Source: a virus
Taxonomy: Duplodnaviria; Caudoviricetes
IMG/VR virus record: IMGVR_UViG_3300044806_000061
Span: 1-57,714 of that record
Strand: one strand, 5' to 3'
Length of the DNA stretch: 57,714 nucleotides
Position 1 is the stretch's first letter; every line of letters begins with the position of its first letter. The notes beneath the pieces are model-generated. The model did not search any database. It was not told the origin of the DNA and was given only the letters and a program-made list of their open reading frames with translations. Shown in pieces: positions 16,929-26,051 of this stretch. Position numbers and translations under genes: made by a program.

Positions 16929-17644
16929 GACCCGAACCCCAAATCTTTGTATGTTTCAAACCTGTCAGTCAGGGCGGCTTTTTCTTGCTCCAAAGCGGCT
17001 CGCTTGTGAAAGTCGGATAACTGCTCACGAACACCCCACATGGCTTCCTTGAAGAATTCCTCAAAGCCCATCAGGTGTTGTTTCGCCTGAGCTTCTTCCA
17101 TCTCCATCTCTTCGTAGTCCGCTGTCATGACGGGGCGGAACACAATGATGATCTTGCCCTTCTTGCCCATGTAGGCACGAAGCGGTTTGAAGTCCTCAGA
17201 GCCGATGTGGTTAGACTTTGAGTACCCTTTCGGACGCTTCACAGTTAGAACCATAGGGGCGGTCAGCATGAAGGTTTCCTTGCTGGCTTTAAACTTCTTA
17301 TTAAGCTCTACAAGGACTTCACCAAACTCTTCTTCTATCTGCAATTCAGCCTCTACTTCATCCAGTAGGATAGTTGTTACTTTTTCTGAGGTTGCTTTTG
17401 GCATATCTACGAGCCCTATATCTTTCACTAATGACTTATTATACGGGCTATCAGGGTCGGATAGCGCATCAATAGAAGCCGACAGTGACGACTTCCCTGC
17501 ACGTCTACCCATGACACCAATCGTCATCCTGTCGCTCGTCTTGGCGCCAGGCGTAGATAACAGTCGCTTCCACTCTTCTGCGGCTGAAGCCCTGTTGTAT
17601 TTAACAGGCTCTTGGTTAGCTAGTAGCTCCGCTGACTTTCGCAT
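16922..17644 (-). CDS. hypothetical protein
   Basis: AAGGAGG RBS before MRKSAE; ends GFGSW. Confidence 0.65.
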   Translation of the reverse strand: MRKSAELLANQEPVKYNRASAAEEWKRLLSTPGAKTSDRMTIGVMGRRAGKSSLSASIDALSDPDSPYNKSLVKDIGLVDMPKATSEKVTTILLDEVEAELQIEEEFGEVLVELNKKFKASKETFMLTAPMVLTVKRPKGYSKSNHIGSEDFKPLRAYMGKKGKIIIVFRPVMTADYEEMEMEEAQAKQHLMGFEEFFKEAMWGVREQLSDFHKRAALEQEKAALTDRFETYKDLGFGSW

Positions 17645-19544
17645 AACCGCCCTCCTTCGTAACTGTGATGACTTCATCAATCCAGTCAGACAAACTATTG
17701 TGGCTTATGACCAGTACGGTTCCACGTTCACGAGCTTTCTCGTTCAATACCGTCATCAGGCGCTCGAGCCCGCTTTCATCAAGGGCATGATCGACCTCAT
17801 CGGCAATGAAGATGTTAATCGGCTTAGTAGCTCGACTGGCAACCATGTCTTGCAACGCCATCGCACAAGCAAGACGCACCTTGCGCTTCTCACCGCCTGA
17901 GAGCCCTGCGAACGATTCAGAACCTTTGCTATTGGAAACTTCGATGCTGAACTTCTCCTTCAGCTCGCCCTTCGCATTCGCCGTGAGCGTGTTCCAAGTG
18001 GCACGGATATTCCCATCGGCAAGCGTACTCAGGTAGTGAGCCGTCCGGTCGTTCAGGAACGGTGTCACAGTATCCAAGATGTGCGCTCGAACTCCTGCTG
18101 GCCCAAAGACAGCCTTCACCGACTCTGCGATCTCGACTTCCGTTTCATGTTCTGGAATGCGCTTCTCAAAGTCCTTGACGGTCTCGATTGCCGCTTGGTG
18201 TTCCTTGTGACAATGCTCTTTTATGGAAGTATAAGGATTGTCTTTTTCCAGCAAAAGTTTTGCCGCCGATTTACCTTTTTCCAGTTCCATTGCATTGTGA
18301 GCTAGTTCGTCGTGCAAGTATCGTAGCCTACTGAGCTTTGCGTTCATCTCTTTCTGTGCGCTTGCCAGTTTTGTGGTGTCGGTGAGTGACGCTTCGAACT
18401 TGGTGGCACGCTCTTGCGCTTCGCTTGCTCTCGCTTTCAAGTCACGCAACTCAATCGCTCGGACAGACAGTCCCTTCTTGCGTTGCTCAACCACTTCGGC
18501 AGCCAGACGCTTCGCTTCTTCCATGTCGTGTTCGCAGTACTTCTTGCCACACTCAAAGCATGGTGTACCCACCTTCTTGTCGATATTGGCAAGGTTCTCA
18601 ATCGACTCCTCGTATGCGCCCTTGAAACCTTTGGTGAGAGCGATCTCGGCCGCCAACGACCTGTCGAGGGTGTTAGCTCCACGCTGGAGCTTTGCAAGCT
18701 CGGTTCGTTCCGCCTCTAGCTTCTCGAACTGCTTGGCGATCTCGTCCAGCTCGCCCTTGATTGTTTCTTCGGTACTGTGTTCCGCAATGGTTCGCTTCAA
18801 TTCATCGACTCGTGCCTTATACGGCAGAGCTTTAGACAAAGCCTCCTTCGCTTTCGGTTTGCGTTCAGCTTCGAACACATCGTAGGCGGTGACGGTCTCG
18901 GCGAGCTTGGTCGATGCTTTGAGGATCGCTTCTGCCGCCATCTTGTAGCCGTTCTGTACGACAGAAAGCTCCTTGATCTTAGCGGTTGATCTTGCGTTGG
19001 CGACTGCGTAAGCGTTGGCGAGGATCTCTACGCCTGCCGCCTCTTCAATCATCAGCTTCAGTTGCTTGTCAGTCATGCCAGGCAGGTCGGGCATCTTCTC
19101 CTGCCCTGCGTAGACTGCCGCCTGGAAGACCTCGAGACTGCACCCAACGATAGAGTTGATGACATCCTGAGTCTCACGCTCGGTTGCCTTGTGCAGTGGT
19201 ACTTCCGACTTGTCCAGAATCGTTGTCTGATTCTTCAGAGCGGAGTCCTTGCGGAAGCGAGTGACGTCATAGGTCTCCTCACCATCTTTGAGATAGACAT
19301 TGACCCAGCAGTCCTTCTTCGCTGTCTTGTTCACGACAGCATCGCCTGATACCCCTCGCGCTGTGACTCCATAGAGAGCCCAACAGATTGCATCAGCGAT
19401 GGATGACTTGCCTGCACCGTTCGAATCGGCAGAGGTGTCATCGAGGTTCTTGCCCTGAATCAGAAGCAAGCCCCTGTTCGATAGCTCGACCTCCGCATAG
19501 TCAATCGTCAGAAAGTTCCTGATACCCAGCTTAATAATGTCCAC
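17616..19544 (-). CDS. SbcC/Rad50-like recombination ATPase
   Basis: NGAGKS Walker A, coiled coil, CFEC zinc hook, LSGGE signature, ADE, ISH. Confidence 0.92.
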   Translation of the reverse strand: MDIIKLGIRNFLTIDYAEVELSNRGLLLIQGKNLDDTSADSNGAGKSSIADAICWALYGVTARGVSGDAVVNKTAKKDCWVNVYLKDGEETYDVTRFRKDSALKNQTTILDKSEVPLHKATERETQDVINSIVGCSLEVFQAAVYAGQEKMPDLPGMTDKQLKLMIEEAAGVEILANAYAVANARSTAKIKELSVVQNGYKMAAEAILKASTKLAETVTAYDVFEAERKPKAKEALSKALPYKARVDELKRTIAEHSTEETIKGELDEIAKQFEKLEAERTELAKLQRGANTLDRSLAAEIALTKGFKGAYEESIENLANIDKKVGTPCFECGKKYCEHDMEEAKRLAAEVVEQRKKGLSVRAIELRDLKARASEAQERATKFEASLTDTTKLASAQKEMNAKLSRLRYLHDELAHNAMELEKGKSAAKLLLEKDNPYTSIKEHCHKEHQAAIETVKDFEKRIPEHETEVEIAESVKAVFGPAGVRAHILDTVTPFLNDRTAHYLSTLADGNIRATWNTLTANAKGELKEKFSIEVSNSKGSESFAGLSGGEKRKVRLACAMALQDMVASRATKPINIFIADEVDHALDESGLERLMTVLNEKARERGTVLVISHNSLSDWIDEVITVTKEGGYAKVSGATS

Positions 19545-20588
19545 TTATCTCTCCGTTACTTCTGCGAGAATCTCGCTACAAGCCACCGATACTTGAGGCT
19601 TGTTGTTAAAGTCTTGCGACTTGATGAATTCCTCGACACTGACTTCCATCGATGCACCCGCTTTTACAGTTGACTCCACACGAGTCACACCTGTAGGCGG
19701 CTGGCTAATGATGTTGATACCCTTCGCACCAGCATCCATGAGCATGTTGCGAAACTTCGTGATCTCGGACTCTTTGGCGGTGTAAACCTTTGCCCTAACA
19801 TAGTTGCCATCGACCAGTAGTGCGATGTCATCAGGATCGGTACGCTCGTCTATCTCAATGAAGCTCGGAGCGTGCGTTGAATGCCACTTCACACCTTCGT
19901 CACTGACGATCAGAAAGCCCGCTTTGGTTCCGATGTCAGACCATGTTTGATGGGTCAATGCTCCCACGCTGTACACGCCATCACCCAAGTCTTTGTGGTT
20001 GTGATAGTGGCCAGCGAGGACACGGCGAAAGCCCAGCTTTTGTAGGTAGTCCCTGTCAAGACCGTGACTGGGCAAGCCTGGAATCACGCCATCGATACCT
20101 GCATGGATGATTACGTCAGTGCGCCCGACATGAATGATTCCAGACAGTTGCTTCTTCAGCTCCTCGATCGGCATCCAGGGAATCGTGATGACCATGTTCG
20201 TTTCGTCTAGTCGGTGATGGAGAACTTCGTTACCTACATAGCAACCGACTTCCTGAAGTGCGGTAATGGCACTGCCCAGCTCATTAGCCTCCTTACCCTC
20301 GAGGTCGTGATTGCCCGCATTAATGACAACTTTGATTCCGCTATTCACGATCTTCTTGTAGACAGCCAAGGTCGGATTAAGTACGGATGGTGCGACTGAC
20401 CCTCTTACGTGGAACAAGTCACCCGCATGAAAGAGCGTGTCGCCCCCTGCCCTCTTGACGGCTTCAGCACAGCGAAGTGTCTCGTCCAGAATCCACTTCA
20501 GCCTGGTGTTAACGCCGTCACTGTCTACGGAGCTAAAGGCTGACCAATTATGGTTGTGACTATCTGAAATTACGCCATACGGTCTCAT
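19545..20588 (-). CDS. SbcD/Mre11-like nuclease
   Basis: SDSH, GDLFH, GNHD, GHYH; adjacent to SbcC-like gene. Confidence 0.9.
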   Translation of the reverse strand: MRPYGVISDSHNHNWSAFSSVDSDGVNTRLKWILDETLRCAEAVKRAGGDTLFHAGDLFHVRGSVAPSVLNPTLAVYKKIVNSGIKVVINAGNHDLEGKEANELGSAITALQEVGCYVGNEVLHHRLDETNMVITIPWMPIEELKKQLSGIIHVGRTDVIIHAGIDGVIPGLPSHGLDRDYLQKLGFRRVLAGHYHNHKDLGDGVYSVGALTHQTWSDIGTKAGFLIVSDEGVKWHSTHAPSFIEIDERTDPDDIALLVDGNYVRAKVYTAKESEITKFRNMLMDAGAKGINIISQPPTGVTRVESTVKAGASMEVSVEEFIKSQDFNNKPQVSVACSEILAEVTER

Positions 20589-21097
20589 GCTTTTCCTGTC
20601 ACTTGTGACTTATCTTTAACTTTATAGAAAACATGACTGCCAATAGTCGCAGTCTTCTCACTAAACTTCGTCCAGTACGGCTTGACATTCTTTGCATGGA
20701 ACATCGTCGCACCCTGCGTTACATCGCCGCTCTTGTACTTGAAAGTACGCAATGCATTAATGGCTACAACCTTTGCCCTGTACCATGCTTCTTCATCTTT
20801 AGGCTGTCCCGCTGGTGTCAGTACGAAAAAGCCTTTCTTATCTCTGCCCTGCACAAACTTCGCTGTCCATGAGAACTGATTCTTCTCTGCCACTGTGTCG
20901 CAAACCTTTGCTTGGGACTGGGCTCTATTCAGCGTGACCATAGCCACTGCCGCTTGACCGATCTCTGGCTCTCCTCGAGCTTCATGATAGACATTCAATG
21001 CAAGACACATGAGTGCGCTTGGAATCAACATAATTACCTTTCTTCGTGCTATCTCATGATGATATTTCGCTAACATAGGGTTGTCAGCGCTTCTCAT
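20585..21097 (-). CDS. SleB-like cell wall hydrolase (Hydrolase_2)
   Basis: CLALNVYHEARGE, VTLNR, QFSW, GATMFH, IGSHVFY. Confidence 0.9.
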   Translation of the reverse strand: MRSADNPMLAKYHHEIARRKVIMLIPSALMCLALNVYHEARGEPEIGQAAVAMVTLNRAQSQAKVCDTVAEKNQFSWTAKFVQGRDKKGFFVLTPAGQPKDEEAWYRAKVVAINALRTFKYKSGDVTQGATMFHAKNVKPYWTKFSEKTATIGSHVFYKVKDKSQVTGKA

Positions 21098-21456
21098 CGG
21101 AGACGCATCGAGTTTTCGACATTCTCCCTGTAGTTTGCTGGAGTGATCCTGAAGCGATTAAGCGGTAGGCCGCGTTGCAGGATATTGTCGGGATTAACAA
21201 ATGAATCAGGGCCGAAGAAGTCTTCCACGCTGGTAGCGTAAAGGAGCTTGTTCTTCCCACTCTTCACGGCGATACCGACTGCCGTGAAACCCATACGAAT
21301 TGTGTCTTCCAACGCAATTCGCTCGATGCACCAGGCGTTCCGCTTGTAATACACCTGTGACATCCTACGATGACCGAGGTAGATGCCTCTTCCATCGCTG
21401 AGTTCATACCAAGCCCCTCTATGCTTGAAATTAACTAAATGGGGCTTGACTTTCAC
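21094..21456 (-). CDS. hypothetical protein
   Basis: GTG start after GAGGAG; overlap with next gene. Confidence 0.65.
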   Translation of the reverse strand: MKVKPHLVNFKHRGAWYELSDGRGIYLGHRRMSQVYYKRNAWCIERIALEDTIRMGFTAVGIAVKSGKNKLLYATSVEDFFGPDSFVNPDNILQRGLPLNRFRITPANYRENVENSMRLR

Positions 21457-21650
21457 TTAACTTGTTCTCCTCAATTTTACCACTGTAAACGTCTTCATGG
21501 GGGTAATAATGTGTGGCCCATAAATCCTTCTCAAAACCGCACTTTCTTGCCTGGGTACAACTTCATCCACTTCTTTCCCATCCTGAAGGTATTGAAGTCA
21601 CCATCGACTCCAATAATGGGCGGTATAAAACCAATCACAGGGATGTCCAC
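21457..21650 (-). pseudogene. probable internally deleted gene in two frames
   Basis: MDIPVIGFIPP...FNTFRMG...KVRF stop at 21531; second frame LRRIYGPHI...VKLRRTS stop at 21457. Confidence 0.4.
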
Positions 21651-21701
21651 CGTAATCTACCTATTGAGTTCATCAATAGTATAGATACGGGGACTATTGC
21701 G

Positions 21702-22709
21702 TTACTTAGGCAACATAGCTTTCAACTCATCGTACAAGTTCTCGGAACGGATCTTCTCCGCGAGCGCCTTGACGAAGTATTGCTTACCATCTGTCCAAGT
21801 TACGCGAGGCTTACTGTAAGTAAGCAACTTCTGATCGACCATGTACTCCAAGAGGCTGATAACGACATCGAAACGAGCCGCTCCAAACTCATCGAAGCTC
21901 ATGCGAAGCGAAGTCTCCTGAAAAGGTTTAGTCATCTTTGACTTAACACATTGAATGGAGATGTTCTGCCCTACGAAGGTCTTCTCGCCATCCTGTTGCT
22001 CCATGATCTTCTGACGACCCAAAGCAAGTCGAGCGGTGGCGTAGAACTCCATCGCTTTACCGCCTGGTGTAGTTCTCGGATCACCATAGACAACGCCTGG
22101 CTTCAAGCGCATCTGATTGAGATACAGGAAGGTTGCGTTGAACTCCTCGCAGTGTTGAGCCATTGACTTCAATGTGGTTGAGGTCACTCGAGCCAACGCC
22201 GTCGTATCGTTCATCGTGTACTCGTCGATCTCCTTCTCAGCCTGGCTCTTTGGCAGGGCTGCCGCGATTGAGTCGAATACGAACAGGATCGGGGCTTCGG
22301 GGGCAATGACCTTAGACTCACGGATGAGTTTGCAAGCCTTTGCCGCTTTGACGTTGCCCTCTTCCCAAGTCTTAGGTTTGAAGTACAACCAGTGAGGGCG
22401 CTCGGAGTTCAAACCGAACCCTTCAGCAAGACTCACATCGAAGGAACGCTCCCAGTCGATAAAGCCTGCGACACCGCCCATCTGTTGTGCTTGCACCATC
22501 CATTGCGTAGCGAGTGCCGTCTTACCTGTCGAGGACTCACCGAACATTTCGACCATACGACCCATCGGCAAGCCACCGTCATAGCGGCCTGTGAGGATGT
22601 GGTTGAGTGGCGGAAAGCCCGTGTCAATGAAATTCGATACTTGTTGGCCACTGGCGTTCTCGCCTAGTTCCTTGTCAAGCTCTCTGATTAAATCTGCTAA
22701 TGCTGTCAT
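21702..22709 (-). CDS. recA: RecA/UvsX-like recombinase
   Basis: GGLPMGR.VE.FGESSTGKT, DSIAA, NQMR.KPGVVYGDP.TTPGG.A..FYA. Confidence 0.93.
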   Translation of the reverse strand: MTALADLIRELDKELGENASGQQVSNFIDTGFPPLNHILTGRYDGGLPMGRMVEMFGESSTGKTALATQWMVQAQQMGGVAGFIDWERSFDVSLAEGFGLNSERPHWLYFKPKTWEEGNVKAAKACKLIRESKVIAPEAPILFVFDSIAAALPKSQAEKEIDEYTMNDTTALARVTSTTLKSMAQHCEEFNATFLYLNQMRLKPGVVYGDPRTTPGGKAMEFYATARLALGRQKIMEQQDGEKTFVGQNISIQCVKSKMTKPFQETSLRMSFDEFGAARFDVVISLLEYMVDQKLLTYSKPRVTWTDGKQYFVKALAEKIRSENLYDELKAMLPK

Positions 22710-22711
22710 GT

Positions 22712-23620
22712 CTAACTCCTTTTATTGAACGCATCCGTGAATGTGTCCAGATTCTTTAGAATACTGACGAAGGCATACTCCTCACATACATTCGCAAACG
22801 CTTCCTTGTCGAACTTGCCCAGCTTCATGTCCACTACGCTCTTCTCGGGCTTAGGAACTTTCAGCAGTTGCATCATCTTCAAATTGCGTGCGAACGCCTG
22901 ACGACCTTCTTTGCTGGCTAGACCGATGTGCGCCTTCTTGGTAGGTACAAGCTCACCACTGTCCACCTTTGCCCAGAAGTGTCGAACACTTCCAAACTCA
23001 GCTATGAACTCAGGTGCGCCCTTTGCTCCGATGCCACCTACGCCTGGAATACAGTCGGAGGTATCGCCCTGCAAGCACTTACCCTCAAGAAAAGCCATCG
23101 GATTTGCGTAACCTGTCTTGTCGAAGAAGTTCTTGGAGTTAACAATCTTTGCATCGTCACGCATGTCTCTCCAAGAGACGTTATTGCGTACCAGTTGAAG
23201 CCAGTCACCGTCGCCTGAGATCAATACAATCTCGTTCTCTGGCTTGCGTGACAGCTCCGACACCAAGTAGCCCGCCATGTCATCAGCCTCATGCGTCAGC
23301 ACTCGCATTTGGCGAATACCTAGATGCTCGATGGCTGTCTTGATGATGGGTGTTTGTTCGGTGTAAGCCTCCTTGATTGCGACCTTCTTAGGATCGTTAT
23401 CTCGGTTGCTCTTGTAAGCTGGGGTCAAATCAAATCGCCACTCTGCCCGCCCGTCCCACAGCACCATGAGCGTGTGATCTGGATAAGTAAGGCGCAACTC
23501 ACGCATGGTCTTGATGAAGCCAAAGATTGCTTGCGTTTGCATGCCTCCTGCGGTCAGCTTGGTTGCGTAGTGACACGCATAGCCAATGCTATTGCCGTCT
23601 ATAAGTAGTGTTTTTGCCAT
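22712..23620 (-). CDS. 5'-3' exonuclease / flap endonuclease (PolI N-terminal / RNase H-like)
   Basis: LIDGN, YKSNR, EADD, SGDGD, GDTSDCIPGVGGIG. Confidence 0.92.
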   Translation of the reverse strand: MAKTLLIDGNSIGYACHYATKLTAGGMQTQAIFGFIKTMRELRLTYPDHTLMVLWDGRAEWRFDLTPAYKSNRDNDPKKVAIKEAYTEQTPIIKTAIEHLGIRQMRVLTHEADDMAGYLVSELSRKPENEIVLISGDGDWLQLVRNNVSWRDMRDDAKIVNSKNFFDKTGYANPMAFLEGKCLQGDTSDCIPGVGGIGAKGAPEFIAEFGSVRHFWAKVDSGELVPTKKAHIGLASKEGRQAFARNLKMMQLLKVPKPEKSVVDMKLGKFDKEAFANVCEEYAFVSILKNLDTFTDAFNKRS

Positions 23621-23628
23621 CGTGAACG

Positions 23629-23656
23629 CCCGAACCGAGATCGCTCTCGGAACGGG
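23629..23656 (-). other. intergenic hairpin with GCGA tetraloop
   Basis: CCCG-TT-CCGAGA-GCGA-TCTCGG-TT-CGGG; no U-tract. Confidence 0.5.
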
Positions 23657-23673
23657 GTTTCCTCAGTAGTGAG

Positions 23674-24507
23674 TTAGGCGAGGTCGCCGAGAAGATCGTC
23701 CAACTCTTCTTCAAGAGCGGCAGTCGTCTTACCAGTCGGCTTGCCAGTCGTCTTGGTCGCAGTCTCTTCGGGATGCTCAAAGTCAGCAGAGTCCGAGAAG
23801 TCAGCGGCAGACGACATCGGGATCGCTTTCGGGCGGTCAGCACCAGCGGCCATCGCAATACCAGCAACGCTGGAGATTGCAGACAACGCCTTACGCTTTT
23901 GCTCGTCGCTTTCCATTGCAACATACTCATCCAAGTTGTGCAGTTTTGCAGTCACACCTTTTGGAAGCGCTTGCTTCTTAGGGCTAACTTGTACTGCGTA
24001 CTTGGTGTTCAAGCCTTTGCCCGAACGCTCGACAACGATGATCTGTGAGGACTCTGGATCGAAAATAGTTTCAACCCACTCTTCAACAGCCGTTACCAAG
24101 CCTGAGAATACAGTGGCACGAACTTCGAGAATCTGCGGAGTGGTCGGATCTTCAGAGTCAAGAGCCAACACATTCAGCAAGTAGCTACGTCCAGCTTTCG
24201 CCTTCTTCAGCAACTCGGTTGTCTCGTCATCCGTTGCGGAATGAACAGCTCGGTTCAAGCCTTCACAGATCGGGCAAGGTTTTCCGTAGATCGCTTCATT
24301 ACAAGGGTAGACAGCTTGAATTTCGTCAGCGGCATTCTTGATGTAGTGCTGTCCGAAGTCGTGATACCAAACGTGCTCTTCACCCTTTCTCCAGCCTGGG
24401 AGAAGGACATAACGATTTGAGCCTGGTTGGGGTTTGATGGTTTTGTCTTTCTGCTTCAAAGACGCTTTCTTTTGCTTCATCAATTCCATTAGTTTACTTG
24501 TATCCAT
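23674..24507 (-). CDS. single-stranded DNA-binding protein, gp32-like
   Basis: C...CP.C, G.GLNTKY, acidic tail ELDDLLGDLA; position next to exonuclease/recA. Confidence 0.75.
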   Translation of the reverse strand: MDTSKLMELMKQKKASLKQKDKTIKPQPGSNRYVLLPGWRKGEEHVWYHDFGQHYIKNAADEIQAVYPCNEAIYGKPCPICEGLNRAVHSATDDETTELLKKAKAGRSYLLNVLALDSEDPTTPQILEVRATVFSGLVTAVEEWVETIFDPESSQIIVVERSGKGLNTKYAVQVSPKKQALPKGVTAKLHNLDEYVAMESDEQKRKALSAISSVAGIAMAAGADRPKAIPMSSAADFSDSADFEHPEETATKTTGKPTGKTTAALEEELDDLLGDLA

Positions 24508-24621
24508 TTTGTTGCCTTTTTGGTTAGTTTGATAAGTTGGTTTATGCCTTTAGACTTTCATCGTTCAGCATGGTTATTATAGCTCACTCACTACTTACTG
24601 AGGTAGGGAATGAGTAATAAT

Positions 24622-25452
24622 TTATTGCATGCCCCTGACAGCAGAGGCACCCGCAGACTTGGCTCGAGCACTCATGGATTCACGCTCATCGCGCTCCGCT
24701 AGTACTCTTGCCGCACCTTTGTATTCTTCACGGCGATCCGCACCCAACTGAATCATCATGTCTCGACGATCAGCCAGTGAACCCACCAATGCTTTATTGA
24801 TATTTGCAATGGTTTCGGACTCGATTACGGCGTTCTTACCCTTCAACCAGCGAGGATCGAGCTTGACAGCGTTCTCCACCATCTTCTCAGTGGTTTTCTC
24901 GCCTGATGCCGCGAGTTCTTTGCGGTGATGGTCGTAGAGGCTGGCTTCAAGCACATCGAACTTTGCCTTGAGGCGGTCATGCTGGGCTTCAGCGTTGGCG
25001 GCTTGAGCGCCATACCAGGCTCGCAGACCCGATTGCTCGATCATGCAGTTGTCCAGCGTGGCCTCTGTCAGCTTGGTTTCTTTGTTGAATTCTCGAACAT
25101 CCACGAAGTACTTCAGTCCTGACGGGGAAGCTGAAGTGCTTGGGCGATCTTCCGAGATTGCCGCGTCTTCAGCCGGCTCTTCTGCCATGTCAACCGCTTC
25201 TGTCTCCACAGGTTTATCCACAGGGGTTTCAGCGATTGGTTCGGGTTCGGGTTCTGGCTCAGGTTCGGGCTTGGCCGCTTTGACAGCTTTCGCTTTCACG
25301 GGGGCGGGCTCGGCTACCTTCTCTTCCAGCTCGACTGGTTTGGCTTTAATCTCAGCCTTCTCAGGTTCGAAGCCAGTGGTTTCTGCCTCAAGCTCATTCA
25401 TGAGGGCGGCAATTTCAGCATCGTCAAAATCGATGTTCGGGCTTGATGTCAT
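24622..25452 (-). CDS. putative recombination mediator (UvsY-like C-terminal helical domain, acidic Pro-Glu linker)
   Basis: KTTEKMVENAVKLDP helical motif; context. Confidence 0.45.
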   Translation of the reverse strand: MTSSPNIDFDDAEIAALMNELEAETTGFEPEKAEIKAKPVELEEKVAEPAPVKAKAVKAAKPEPEPEPEPEPIAETPVDKPVETEAVDMAEEPAEDAAISEDRPSTSASPSGLKYFVDVREFNKETKLTEATLDNCMIEQSGLRAWYGAQAANAEAQHDRLKAKFDVLEASLYDHHRKELAASGEKTTEKMVENAVKLDPRWLKGKNAVIESETIANINKALVGSLADRRDMMIQLGADRREEYKGAARVLAERDERESMSARAKSAGASAVRGMQ

Positions 25453-25488
25453 TTTCTACTCTCCTTGATAAATCAATCTATATGTATA

Positions 25489-25530
25489 AGGTTAGTGTCT
25501 TATTACAGGGTTAACAAGTCATTTCTGACT
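25489..25530 (-). promoter_or_regulatory. promoter (TTGTTA-AC-CCTGTA-N9-TAACCT) with operator abutting the -35
   Basis: promoter 25489-25517, palindrome 25517-25530. Confidence 0.7.
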
Positions 25531-26051
25531 TACTTCTCAGGCGAAATTATATTGCGCCAGACTCTATTCTTACGAATATTACAAATTACGGTAGCACTTA
25601 CTTTAAATTCATTGGCCAATTTTCTACCAACTTCACCGATGCCCAATCTTCTCTTAATCTCAAGCACTTGCATCTCGGTAAGTTTCGAAGCGGGATTTCT
25701 TTCGCCTGTAAGTCGCGTTCCATGACTTTTCATATCTTCTCTATTTTCGTCAGGCGTTCCCCATTTGAGATTATGTATTCTATTGTCCTGATTATTTCCA
25801 TTCAAATGTCTGCATACGCAATTCTCAGGCCGCGCTCCGTGAAATGCCTCAGCTACCATTAGGTGAACTTTCCTCCTAAGCCCAATGCCATCTTTAAATA
25901 GTTCAACGCTTAAATAACCCTGTCCATCTGGCGATGCGTCCATTAGCTTATGGCTCCGTCTTGTTACCTTTGGCAGACTCTTTACTCTTCCCAGGCTAGA
26001 TACGAGGTAAACACCCTCGTATCCGACGACATTAACCCATATTTCACTCAT
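25530..26051 (-). CDS. NUMOD4-HNH homing endonuclease
   Basis: EIW..V.GYEG.Y.VSSLGRVKS; VH.MVAEAF; RHLNG..DNR..NL.W. Confidence 0.9.
   Translation of the reverse strand: MSEIWVNVVGYEGVYLVSSLGRVKSLPKVTRRSHKLMDASPDGQGYLSVELFKDGIGLRRKVHLMVAEAFHGARPENCVCRHLNGNNQDNRIHNLKWGTPDENREDMKSHGTRLTGERNPASKLTEMQVLEIKRRLGIGEVGRKLANEFKVSATVICNIRKNRVWRNIISPEK

Noticed and set aside
25238-25272. PEPEPE-coding repeat as a DNA element
   Set aside because: Synonymous positions vary; it is a protein linker.
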